A DNA stretch of 44,613 nt from Chloroflexota bacterium (GTDB lineage: Bacteria > Chloroflexota > Dormibacteria > DASZGP01). The notes under the pieces were generated by a model. That model saw nothing but the letters and a program-made list of their open reading frames with translations, was not told the DNA's origin and did not search any database. The translations under genes were made by a program, and so were the position numbers. This document shows positions 26,174-34,479 of this stretch, one piece after another (within the stretch, counting starts at the first letter, position 1; the number at the start of each line of letters is the position of its first letter). Location: positions 1 to 44,613 of the forward strand of contig JAXDLV010000079.1 in assembly GCA_034666445.1 (NCBI GenBank), read 5' to 3'.

Positions 26174-26989
26174 ATGCGTGTCCGTAAATTTGCCCTGATC
26201 GCGGCCGTGTGCGCCGCCACAGCCGCCATCGGTGGCGCCTCGGCGCCGCTGGGGGCCGTGGCCGCCACGTGGGCGCCCGCAAAGACCGCGGCGATCCACC
26301 CGGGCGTACAGACGTTCACCGCCGGCGCCCAGTGCACCTCCAACTTCGTGTTCACCGATGGCAGTGCCACGTACATCGGCCAGGCGGCCCACTGCTCGGG
26401 CACCGGCGGGTCGTTCGCCACCAACGGCTGCAACAGCGGGACGCTGCCCGTCGGCACAGCGGTGCAGGTCACGGGCGCAAGCCGCCTGGGGACGATGGTC
26501 TACAACTCGTGGGCGACGATGCAGTCGGTGGGCGAGTCCGACGCCAACACCTGCCAGTACAACGACCTCGCCCTGGTCCGGCTCGACCCCGCCGACGTCG
26601 GCCGCGTGAACCCGTCGGTTCCGTACTTCGGCGGCCCCACGGGCCTTCGCTCCGGGGCGGTGGGCTTCAAGCAGAAGGTCTTCAGCTACGGCAACTCGGA
26701 GCTGCGCTTTGGAGTGGCCAAGCTGAGCCCCAAGCGCGGTGTCATCCTCAGCGAGGGCGCCGGTGGCTGGACCCACACGGTGTACACGGCGACGCCCGGC
26801 ATCCCTGGCGACTCCGGTAGCGGCTTCCTCGACAAGGACGGCCGTGCGTTCGGCGTGCTGAGCACGATCTCGGCGGCCGGTGGCACGAACGGCGTCGGCG
26901 ACCTGGGTTATGAGCTCAACTACCTCGCCTCGCACACGTCCTTCAGGGTCTCGCTGGCCCTTGGGACCGAGCCCTTCTCCCCTCTCTAG
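26174..26989 (+). CDS. Secreted S1 (chymotrypsin/streptogrisin-like) serine protease
   Basis: 271 aa with a signal peptide. The catalytic triad contexts are AAHCSG, NDLALVRL and GDSGSGF. Confidence 0.85.
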   Translation: MRVRKFALIAAVCAATAAIGGASAPLGAVAATWAPAKTAAIHPGVQTFTAGAQCTSNFVFTDGSATYIGQAAHCSGTGGSFATNGCNSGTLPVGTAVQVTGASRLGTMVYNSWATMQSVGESDANTCQYNDLALVRLDPADVGRVNPSVPYFGGPTGLRSGAVGFKQKVFSYGNSELRFGVAKLSPKRGVILSEGAGGWTHTVYTATPGIPGDSGSGFLDKDGRAFGVLSTISAAGGTNGVGDLGYELNYLASHTSFRVSLALGTEPFSPL

Positions 26990-27459
26990 GAGCGCAGCCT
27001 CCAGAGGTCCCGGGTGACCCAGGCCTGGCCCAGGTGCTCCCGGGCGTGGCTGAGGCTGTGGACCAGGTGGTACAGGCCGCTGTACGGCGTGTCGGTCGAG
27101 GCCGCCGGCCGCACCATCAGCGTCTCGAGCCGCTCCGGGGTGATCCGAGGCGCCACGTCGCCGTGGACGGCCCTGGCCTGGCCGATCAGCTTCCGCAGGG
27201 ACTCCGGGGTCGCATCGCGCACTTCGAACTCGGCAGCGCGGTTGCGGGCGGTCGGGTCGCCGGCGACGGTGCGCAGCGTCTCCAGCTCGTTGCCCAGCGT
27301 GTGGGTGACCAGCACGGCTACTGAGTTGGAGCCCTCGTACGGGAACCAGTTGAGGCCCTCGGCGTCGAGGCTGTCGACGACCTCGAGCAGCGCCTCGTGG
27401 AGCTCGGCGTACTTCTCGCTGAAGACATCGATGAAGCCCATCTCCGCAAGCCTACGCAA
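26986..27459 (-). CDS. DinB-family (DinB_2, four-helix-bundle metalloenzyme-like) protein
   Basis: LHEALLEVVDSL...VAVLVTHTLGNE...HSLSHAREHLGQA. The start is either TTG 27459 or ATG 27441. It shares a CTAG stop with the protease gene. Confidence 0.75.
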   Translation of the reverse strand: MRRLAEMGFIDVFSEKYAELHEALLEVVDSLDAEGLNWFPYEGSNSVAVLVTHTLGNELETLRTVAGDPTARNRAAEFEVRDATPESLRKLIGQARAVHGDVAPRITPERLETLMVRPAASTDTPYSGLYHLVHSLSHAREHLGQAWVTRDLWRLRS

Positions 27460-27504
27460 CCCCGGGGGGCTGCGCCGAAGTACACGATTGCTACGATCGG
27501 CCGC

Positions 27505-28005
27505 ATGGTATTGAAGGTTCTCCCCGTCCTGGTTGCTGCTGTCGCGCTGGCCGGCTGTGGTAGCTCGTCAGGTGTGGCCAACAGCAGCCCCAGCCCAGCG
27601 TCCGGGGCGAGCCCCTCCCCTTCGGCCAGCGCCGCGACCGGTGTCGCCATCAAGGACGCCGCGGACGCGCGCGACAAGCTGGTCGCCGCCATGAAGATCG
27701 GCACCCAGGTGCCCAGCGACGGCGAGATGACCGACACCTGGTCGGCTGTCCTCCCGGGTGTCAAATTCAGCGGCTACGGCATCGAGGCGACCACCAAGTC
27801 GGTCTCGGGCTTCGCGTTCGTGTATTCCAAGACGAAGCGCGTCGAGTTCCTGGCGTTCACCGTCCTCGACACCGGCGGGAACTGCGAGGGCGGGGTTCTT
27901 GAGGCCGGCAGCGACGGCGAAAAGATCACGCAGACGGTGAAGATGACGGTCCCCACCGGGACCAAGTGCAGCGGCAGCGCCCTGTCGGACCTGAGGGGCT
28001 ACTAG
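27505..28005 (+). CDS. Lipoprotein, unknown function
   Basis: 166 aa from ATG 27505. Lipobox VALAGC, then a Ser/Pro-rich linker. Confidence 0.75.
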   Translation: MVLKVLPVLVAAVALAGCGSSSGVANSSPSPASGASPSPSASAATGVAIKDAADARDKLVAAMKIGTQVPSDGEMTDTWSAVLPGVKFSGYGIEATTKSVSGFAFVYSKTKRVEFLAFTVLDTGGNCEGGVLEAGSDGEKITQTVKMTVPTGTKCSGSALSDLRGY

Positions 28006-28040
28006 CCTCCAGCACCTGCCCTGAGGCGTAGCCTCTAGGC

Positions 28041-28517
28041 ATGCGATTCCGGCTCCTGCGGGTTGCCGAGGTGCTGGCCTGGATGGCGGCGGCGTTCGCG
28101 GCCTTTCTCGCCTTCCGGGTCTTCTTCATCTTCCTCAGCATCATCAATCCCGCGTGGTGCGACATCAGCTGTGAGCTGGCCCGGACCCCGGTGCCGGTGG
28201 GCCTCAGCGTCTTCGTCGTCGGGTGGGCGCCGTTTGCGGTGATCGGGTTCATCCGCTACTCAAGGCACCATGCCCACCTGTGGTGGCTGCCCCACGTGGC
28301 GATCATCACGGCAACCCACGCGGTGGCGATGGGCTACGTCGCCCAGCTGGCGCTCGGTTTCCGCACCGTCGACGACCGCAATGTCGTGCTGGCCGGGGGC
28401 GCCGGTGTTGCGCTCCTGCTCGCCACGGGCCTGCTGTTTGCCGCCGTGCTGCTGGATCGCAACCTCCCCGAGCGCGAGGCGGAGATCCGCTTCTTCCAGG
28501 AGGACGCGGGCGACTAA
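28041..28517 (+). CDS. Integral membrane protein, unknown function
   Basis: 158 aa, about 4 TM helices, acidic C-terminal tail. Confidence 0.7.
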   Translation: MRFRLLRVAEVLAWMAAAFAAFLAFRVFFIFLSIINPAWCDISCELARTPVPVGLSVFVVGWAPFAVIGFIRYSRHHAHLWWLPHVAIITATHAVAMGYVAQLALGFRTVDDRNVVLAGGAGVALLLATGLLFAAVLLDRNLPEREAEIRFFQEDAGD

Positions 28518-28557
28518 ACGTCGTTAAACGGCAACCGCGGGCGTACACTGCGCGCAG

Positions 28558-29565
28558 GTGGTCTCATCCTCTACGCGTCTTCAAGACCAGGTGGTTGCGT
28601 TCCTCGAGCACTGCGAGATCGACCGCAACCTCTCCCCGCTCACGGTGCGGATGTACCGCCAGTACCTCGACTTCTTCGTCCGCTGGGCGGAGGCCGAGGG
28701 CGCCGACGCCGCTGAGAAGGTCACCCCGGAGTTGGCCCGCGCCTACCGGGTCCACCTCAACCGTTACCTCTCCCCCGTCACCCGCCGGAACCTGGCGCGC
28801 GGCACCCAGACCTCGTACCTGGTGGCGCTGCGCTCGCTGCTGAGGTTCCTCGCGCGGTCCGGCGAGGACACGATGCCACCCGACCGCATCGAGCTGGGCA
28901 AGGGCGGCGGTCGCAGCCTCAAGTTCCTCGACTCCCACCAGGTCGATCGCCTCCTCGCCGCCGTCGACACCACCGATGAGCCCGGCATGCGCGACGTCGC
29001 GATCCTCGAGCTGCTCTTCTCGACCGGCCTCCGGGTCTCGGAACTGGTCCACCTCGACCGGCACGACGTGAACCTCGAGAGCCGCGAGTTTTCCGTGATG
29101 GGCAAGGGCCGCAAGGTCCGCGTCGTCTTCCTGACCGACGCCGCCGCGGAGCGGATCGGGGCCTACCTGCTGATGCGCAAGGACCGCTTCAAGCCACTGT
29201 TCATCCGCTACCGGGGCCACTCATCCGACGAGGCGACGGCGGGCGGGCGCGCCGCAATGGAAGGCGAGGGCTGGCGCCTCAGCGTCCGGTCGGTGGAGCG
29301 CATGGTGGCCAAGTACGTGCGCCTTGCCGGCCTTGGTATCAAGGCGACGCCCCACACCCTGCGCCACTCCTTTGCCACCGACCTGCTGTTCAACGGCGCC
29401 GACCTCCGCGCCGTCCAGGAGATGCTCGGCCACGCGAACCTGGCGACCACCCAGGTGTACACCCACGTGACCAACCCGCAGCTGCGCGCGACTCACCGGG
29501 AGTTTCACAGCGGCAACCGCCGCCGTGGCCCCGTGGCCGTCGCCTCGGATGAACCCGGGCCCTAG
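28558..29565 (+). CDS. Tyrosine recombinase, XerC/XerD family
   Basis: 335 aa. SAM-like N-domain (LSPLTVRMYRQYL). Catalytic residues are present in LFSTGLRVSEL, HTLRHSFAT and LGHANLATTQVYTHV. Confidence 0.88.
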   Translation: MVSSSTRLQDQVVAFLEHCEIDRNLSPLTVRMYRQYLDFFVRWAEAEGADAAEKVTPELARAYRVHLNRYLSPVTRRNLARGTQTSYLVALRSLLRFLARSGEDTMPPDRIELGKGGGRSLKFLDSHQVDRLLAAVDTTDEPGMRDVAILELLFSTGLRVSELVHLDRHDVNLESREFSVMGKGRKVRVVFLTDAAAERIGAYLLMRKDRFKPLFIRYRGHSSDEATAGGRAAMEGEGWRLSVRSVERMVAKYVRLAGLGIKATPHTLRHSFATDLLFNGADLRAVQEMLGHANLATTQVYTHVTNPQLRATHREFHSGNRRRGPVAVASDEPGP

Positions 29566-29828
29566 GCGCCGGCCCGGGCGGCCGCCCGCCGCCGCCACGC
29601 CACGACCCCCGTCCCCACCGCGGCGATCACCAGGAACGAGAGGCAGTCGAAGCACTCGAAGGCCAGGCACCCCCAGCCGGCGGCCTGCACCGCGTCACCG
29701 ACGATGCTGTCGTCATCGGGAGCCTTCTCCTTGCGGTTGGGGTTGTCGGCGTACGTGGGCGCACCCCGGTTGGGATCGGGGGCTCCCGGGTCGGGTCCTG
29801 GGGCCGTCGGCCCCACCCTCATCGGCAT
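29562..29828 (-). CDS. Small Pro-rich, Cys-containing tail-anchored protein, unknown function
   Basis: 88 aa with a consistently G/C third position. GWGCLAFECFDC is followed by TM helix LSFLVIAAVGTGVVAW and an Arg-rich tail. Confidence 0.5.
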   Translation of the reverse strand: MPMRVGPTAPGPDPGAPDPNRGAPTYADNPNRKEKAPDDDSIVGDAVQAAGWGCLAFECFDCLSFLVIAAVGTGVVAWRRRAAARAGA

Positions 29829-29857
29829 CGCAGCTGCTTACCTACGACGCCCGCGGG

Positions 29858-30142
29858 TCAGTGGACCTGGACGCGAACCCTGTCGAAGCAGTCACTGCAG
29901 TAGACAGGGCGGCCCTCACGGGGCTCGAAGGGGACCTGCGTCGCCTTGCCGCAGTCGGCGCACGTGACGTCGAACATGCGCCGCGTGGATATCCGCTCCT
30001 GCTTGCGGGCCGACCTGCACTCCGGGCAGCGCTGCGGCTGGTTTAGCAGGCCCTTCTCCTGGAAGAAGCTCTGCTCGCCGGACGTCCAGATGAAGTCCGC
30101 GGAGCAATCTCGGCAGCGCAGTGTGACGTCTTCGAAACCCAT
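29858..30142 (-). CDS. Double zinc-ribbon protein (zf-trcl-like N-half + CxxC-x17-CxxC C-half)
   Basis: 94 aa. CRDCSADFIWTSGEQSFFQEKGLLNQPQRCPEC and CADCGKATQVPFEPREGRPVYCSDC. GGAGG lies upstream of the ATG. Confidence 0.8.
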   Translation of the reverse strand: MGFEDVTLRCRDCSADFIWTSGEQSFFQEKGLLNQPQRCPECRSARKQERISTRRMFDVTCADCGKATQVPFEPREGRPVYCSDCFDRVRVQVH

Positions 30143-30273
30143 GGAAACCTCCTACATCCCAGCGTCGAGCCCGTCCTCGGGGGCAGCGACCCGCATACCA
30201 TAACGCCGACCGCTGACCGGCTGCAAACGGGGCGGCTCAGGCCTCGGGCGACGGCCTCAGGAAGTAACGGAAG

Positions 30274-32217
30274 CTACCAGTAGGGCCAGCCACGGTTCCC
30301 CGTCGTGGTCCCGAACATCTCGCCGTAGACGATGAAGTCCGCGGGTGACCCCGCGTTGATGGCGCGGATGAAGGCCCCCGGGGTGGCGGTGCAGGTGCCG
30401 TTGGCGCCCACCATGCGGACGACGTTGAGGCGGTTGGAGGCGTCCCGGTTGGACAGGTCGAAGCCGGTCAGCGGACCGCAGGAGGCGGCGTTGTAGGTCG
30501 AGCCGAGGTAGCCCTGGATCTCGGCCAGGGTGTGCGGCGGCGTGTACCAGGTGTGCAGCGGGGAGACGTCGTGGTTGTCGATCACGCCCCTGAGGTACGC
30601 CGGGGTGCAGGGGTTGTCCCCGCTCCCCCACTCGGCGCTGGCGCACTGGGTGTGGCCGCCATCACTGGAGGAGAAGACGGCATTGATGATGCTGCCCTGG
30701 TAGAAGATCGCCTGCCCGCGGGTCATCGCGACCGCCTGGTTCTGCGATGCCGCCTCGCGGTCGACCCCGCCGTAGACCTGCGACGCGGTGGTGTCATCGA
30801 CGTCGTACAGCCCTCCGCCCAGGTGATACAGGGCGTAGGTGCGGGCTGCGACCGTCTGGGCGGCGATCGCCTGGATCGGCCAGCTGGAGGGCACCTCCGA
30901 TAGGCCCTGCAGGTAGTCCTCCAGGTCGACGTGGTTGATCACCTTGTAGCCGGTTGACGCGTCCAGCCACGCCTCGCCGCGATAGCGGATGTTGGCGCCA
31001 CCGTTGGTCTGGAAGATGCCGCCGGCGTTGGGCACCACCCTCAGGGGCCGGGCCTGGGCGCTGCCGCCGGGCCACGCCGCGGTGATGCTGCCATCGCCGT
31101 TGGGGGTCATCGCCATGGCCTGGTCCTGGCCCACGTTGCCCACCACGACGCCCGCCCCGTCCTGGATCGTCGCACCGGCGTTGCGGGGGGTGATGGTGCG
31201 GCCCGCAGCGTGGAGGAAGACGCGGACCGTCTCCGCGGGCGCGGCCCCGATCCCGACGCCGCTGTAGAAGCTGGTGATGATCTGTGGCCAGGCGGTCCCG
31301 GACTGCGCCATGCCCAGCGCGCCGTACTGGGCCAGGCCGACGCCGTGGCCCCAGCCGTGACCGCAGAAGCTCAGCTTGCCCGCGGGCGCGGCCGGGCAGA
31401 TCGGACCGTACGAGCGGCCGGCGCCCTTCTGCGCGGCGGCGTTGGCCGCGGCCTGCGCGGCCGCCAGGGCCGCCTCGAGCTGCCGCTCTCGCTTCTGCGT
31501 GCCCAGCAGCGCGGAGAGCTGGGCGCGCTGCTGCGACTCGATGCCCGACGTCAGGGCGGCCTGCTCGTTGAACGTCGACTGGGCCTCGGCGAGCTTGGCG
31601 GCGGCAGCCTGGAGCAGCGGCTCCAGCTCGGCCCGCAGCGCTTGGCTCTGCGTGCGGGTTTGCTGGAGGTCCTCGCGCTCACGGCGGAGGGCCTCGGCCC
31701 GGTCGTAGTTGGCCTTGCTCAGCCGGCTCAGGTAGATCGTGCGGTCGAGGAAGTCGGAGAAGCTGTCGGCTCCGAAGAGGAACGTCAGCGCGCTCAGCGG
31801 CCCGGTCTTGTACAGGCCGCGGACCTCCAGCGAGAACTTTCGGACGTGCTCCTCGTGGTCCTTGAGCAGGTCGTTCTCGCGGGCCTCGAAGGCCGAGATG
31901 CGGTCGGTCAGCGCCTGGGCCTGGTCGTGGATGGCGGCGTAGTCGGCTTGCTTCGCCCCCAGCTCGCCGCGCAGCTGGTTGAGGATCGCGCGGGCGGCGG
32001 CCTGCTGCCCGCCGAGCTGGTTGAGGGTCGACCGCTGGTTCGCCTCCTGGGCCTGCAGCGCCGCCAGCTGGTCGTTGACGGAGTCAGCCCGGGCTGTCAG
32101 CGGCGCCGCCCCGGCCGACACGACGAGCAGCGCCGCCACCATCGGGGCGAGCCGGCGGCGGGCCCATGAATGGCAGCGGGAATTCAAAGCGAGGCGAACA
32201 TACGTGCTAGAGCGCAT
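30274..32217 (-). CDS. Coiled-coil + SpoIID/LytB-domain cell-wall protein
   Basis: 647 aa. Signal/anchor sequence, then about 250 aa of heptad-like Q/A/L/E-rich sequence. SpoIID-type motifs follow (AIAAQTVAARTYAL, ASQVYGG, AVFSSSDGGHTQ). Confidence 0.85.
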   Translation of the reverse strand: MRSSTYVRLALNSRCHSWARRRLAPMVAALLVVSAGAAPLTARADSVNDQLAALQAQEANQRSTLNQLGGQQAAARAILNQLRGELGAKQADYAAIHDQAQALTDRISAFEARENDLLKDHEEHVRKFSLEVRGLYKTGPLSALTFLFGADSFSDFLDRTIYLSRLSKANYDRAEALRREREDLQQTRTQSQALRAELEPLLQAAAAKLAEAQSTFNEQAALTSGIESQQRAQLSALLGTQKRERQLEAALAAAQAAANAAAQKGAGRSYGPICPAAPAGKLSFCGHGWGHGVGLAQYGALGMAQSGTAWPQIITSFYSGVGIGAAPAETVRVFLHAAGRTITPRNAGATIQDGAGVVVGNVGQDQAMAMTPNGDGSITAAWPGGSAQARPLRVVPNAGGIFQTNGGANIRYRGEAWLDASTGYKVINHVDLEDYLQGLSEVPSSWPIQAIAAQTVAARTYALYHLGGGLYDVDDTTASQVYGGVDREAASQNQAVAMTRGQAIFYQGSIINAVFSSSDGGHTQCASAEWGSGDNPCTPAYLRGVIDNHDVSPLHTWYTPPHTLAEIQGYLGSTYNAASCGPLTGFDLSNRDASNRLNVVRMVGANGTCTATPGAFIRAINAGSPADFIVYGEMFGTTTGNRGWPYW

Positions 32218-32273
32218 GGGGGTTCACTCTCATTCATACGGGCCTCGTAAGGGCGTGTCAAGACAGATTGAGA

Positions 32274-33224
32274 TCAGGTGAGCGCGCCAAGGACCTCCGC
32301 GACCCCGCCCGCGAGGGCTTCGAGGTTGTACCCGCCTTCCAGCGTCCACACCGAGCGGCCGCCGCCGAGCTCCTCGCTCCAGCCCCTGATCCGGCGCGCC
32401 AGGGTGCCAAATGCGGGCGTCGTCATCTCCATCTGGGCAAGGGGATCGTCGGCGTGGGCATCGAACCCCGCGCTGACCATGAGCAGGTCGGGTTGGAAGT
32501 CGCGCAGCGCCGGCGCGAACACCTCGTCGAATACCTCGAGGTACTCCGCCTCCCCGCCTCCCGCCGCCATCGGGGCGTTGACCGTGAAGCCCTCGCCCGC
32601 GCCGCGGCCGCGCTCGCCGGCCGCGCCGGTTCCGGGGTACAGCGGGCTCTGGTGGCTCGAGATGTAGAGGACGTCGGCGCGCTCGAAGAAGAGGTCCTGG
32701 GTGCCGTGGCCATGGTGGACGTCGAAATCGACGATGGCGACGCGCTCGGCCCCGCGGCGGCGGGCGTGCTGGGCCGCCGCCGCCACGTTGTTGAAGAGGC
32801 AGAAGCCCATCGCGGTGTCACGGGTGGCGTGGTGCCCCGGCGGGCGACAGAGGCTGAACGCGACCGCGTGCTCGCCATCGAGCACCGCGTCGACGGCCGC
32901 GATCGTGGCCCCGGCCGAGGCCAGCGCGGCCTCCATGCTGCCGGGGCCGACCCACGTGTCGGCGTCGAGCCAGGCGCCCCTGCCCTTCTCCTCCACCTCC
33001 GCGCCGGCGCGCTGGATTGCCTCAACGTAGCCGGGGTGGTGCACCGCCGTCAGCGCGTCCAGCGGCGCGGGCGACGGTTCCCGGCGGGGCAGCCTGGCGA
33101 GGCCTGGGTCGGAGTCCAGCCGGGCGACGATCGCCTCGAGGCGCTCGGGTCGCTCCGGGTGGTTGGGCGCGCGGTGCTTGAGGGAGGCCGGGCTGAGGAG
33201 GAGCAGCGGCCCCGCCTCGCTCAC
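32274..33224 (-). CDS. Histone deacetylase-family (arginase-fold) deacetylase / acetylpolyamine amidohydrolase-like
   Basis: 316 aa from GTG 33224 (GGAGG upstream; GTGA overlap with the upstream stop). PPGHHATRDTAMGFCLFNN, DFDVHHGHGTQ, SAGFDAHADDPL, EGGYN. Confidence 0.88.
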   Translation of the reverse strand: MSEAGPLLLLSPASLKHRAPNHPERPERLEAIVARLDSDPGLARLPRREPSPAPLDALTAVHHPGYVEAIQRAGAEVEEKGRGAWLDADTWVGPGSMEAALASAGATIAAVDAVLDGEHAVAFSLCRPPGHHATRDTAMGFCLFNNVAAAAQHARRRGAERVAIVDFDVHHGHGTQDLFFERADVLYISSHQSPLYPGTGAAGERGRGAGEGFTVNAPMAAGGGEAEYLEVFDEVFAPALRDFQPDLLMVSAGFDAHADDPLAQMEMTTPAFGTLARRIRGWSEELGGGRSVWTLEGGYNLEALAGGVAEVLGALT

Positions 33225-34438
33225 CCCGCCTCCAGGTCCGCCGCCAGCTCGCGCAGGAAGGACTCCACGTCGGTCACGATGCCGATCGTCTGGAAGGAGC
33301 CCCGGTCGGCCAGCTTGGTGACCACGGCGGGCTCCATGTCGACGCACACGGTGCGCACCGTCGCGGGCAGCAGGTTGCCGGTGGCGATGCTGTGCAGCAT
33401 CGATCCCATCATCAGCGCCAGCCGGATGTCGCGGTCGTGGATCACCTGCCGCATCCGCTTCTGGGCGACCACCACGTCGGTGATGACGTCGGGCAGCGGG
33501 CCGTCGTCGCGGATCGAGCCAGCCAGCACCACCTCGACGCCGCCGCGCACGGCGTCGTACATCACGCCCTGGGTGATCACGCCCGTCTCCACCGCCGCGG
33601 CGATCGAGCCTGCCGCCCGGACCCTGTTGATCGCCCGGATGTGGTGCTCGTGGCCGTGCTCGGTGCCCATGCCGGACTCCAGGCTGATGCCCAGCGAGGT
33701 GCCGAACATCGACGACTCGATGTCGTGTGCCGCCAGCGCGTTGCCGCTGAAGATCACCTGCACCCAGCCGCCGTTGATCAGTGCGGAGAGGTAGCGCCCG
33801 GCGCCGGTGTGGACGATGGCGGGGCCGCCCACCAGGAGGATGTCGCCGCCGGCGGCGCGGATCTCGCGCATCCCCTTGGCGATCTCGCGGATGACCAGCT
33901 TCTTCGGCTTCTCGGCGGACACCTGCGACTGCATGAAGCCGAACAGCTCGCGGTCGCGGGCGCGCTCCAGCGGTCGTACCCGGATGCCCTGGTAGCCGCA
34001 GACGACCTGCTGGCCGACCGCGGCCTCGTCGACGGGCAGCACGAACGCGCGGCCGTCCTCCACCGCGATGCCGCAGTCCATCTCGATGTGCTCCACCTCG
34101 ATCCAGCCGCCGCCGTGGCGGATCTCGGTCGGCTGGTTGCTGGTGGAGTAGAAGTCCTCGGGGAAGACGCCCGCCTGCTCCACGGCGCTGAGGCGTGCCT
34201 CCTCCTGGTCGACCGGCTGGGCGCCGTGCTGCTGGATCGCCGTGAGGATCTCGGTGAGCTGCGCCTCCGTGTCGGCCTTGACCAGGAGCCGCACGTAGGA
34301 GCCCTCGTCCTTGTGCTTGCCGACGCGGAACTCCTCGACGTCGAAGTCGCCGCCCAGGTCCATGATCGTGTCCCAGACCTTGGGCAGCGCCAGGCTGTCG
34401 ATCACGTGCCCCTCGAGGGCGATCACGGCGCTGTGCAT
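33221..34438 (-). CDS. TIGR00300 / LOR-SDH conserved-region family protein (putative archaeal-type ornithine cyclodeaminase)
   Basis: 405 aa from ATG 34438. The N-terminus AVIALEGHVIDSLALPKVWDTIMDLGGDFDVEEFRVG matches the LOR/SDH conserved region. The rest resembles TIGR00300 proteins. Confidence 0.75.
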   Translation of the reverse strand: MHSAVIALEGHVIDSLALPKVWDTIMDLGGDFDVEEFRVGKHKDEGSYVRLLVKADTEAQLTEILTAIQQHGAQPVDQEEARLSAVEQAGVFPEDFYSTSNQPTEIRHGGGWIEVEHIEMDCGIAVEDGRAFVLPVDEAAVGQQVVCGYQGIRVRPLERARDRELFGFMQSQVSAEKPKKLVIREIAKGMREIRAAGGDILLVGGPAIVHTGAGRYLSALINGGWVQVIFSGNALAAHDIESSMFGTSLGISLESGMGTEHGHEHHIRAINRVRAAGSIAAAVETGVITQGVMYDAVRGGVEVVLAGSIRDDGPLPDVITDVVVAQKRMRQVIHDRDIRLALMMGSMLHSIATGNLLPATVRTVCVDMEPAVVTKLADRGSFQTIGIVTDVESFLRELAADLEAG

Positions 34439-34479
34439 GCGGCGAATTCTACGGACGGGGCCTGGCCCCGCCCTGTGCC

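Noticed and set aside
26986-27459. The DinB-family gene as part of the SOS regulon or a DNA polymerase IV.
   Set aside because: This is the DinB_2 helical-bundle family, not the Y-family polymerase. I found no GAAC-N4-GTTC site upstream.
28558-29565. The tyrosine recombinase as a marker of a prophage or integrative element.
   Set aside because: I saw no flanking direct repeats, no adjacent tRNA, and no phage, plasmid or transposase genes. Neighbouring genes have the same high GC3 as the rest of the window. The sequence looks like a chromosomal XerC/XerD.
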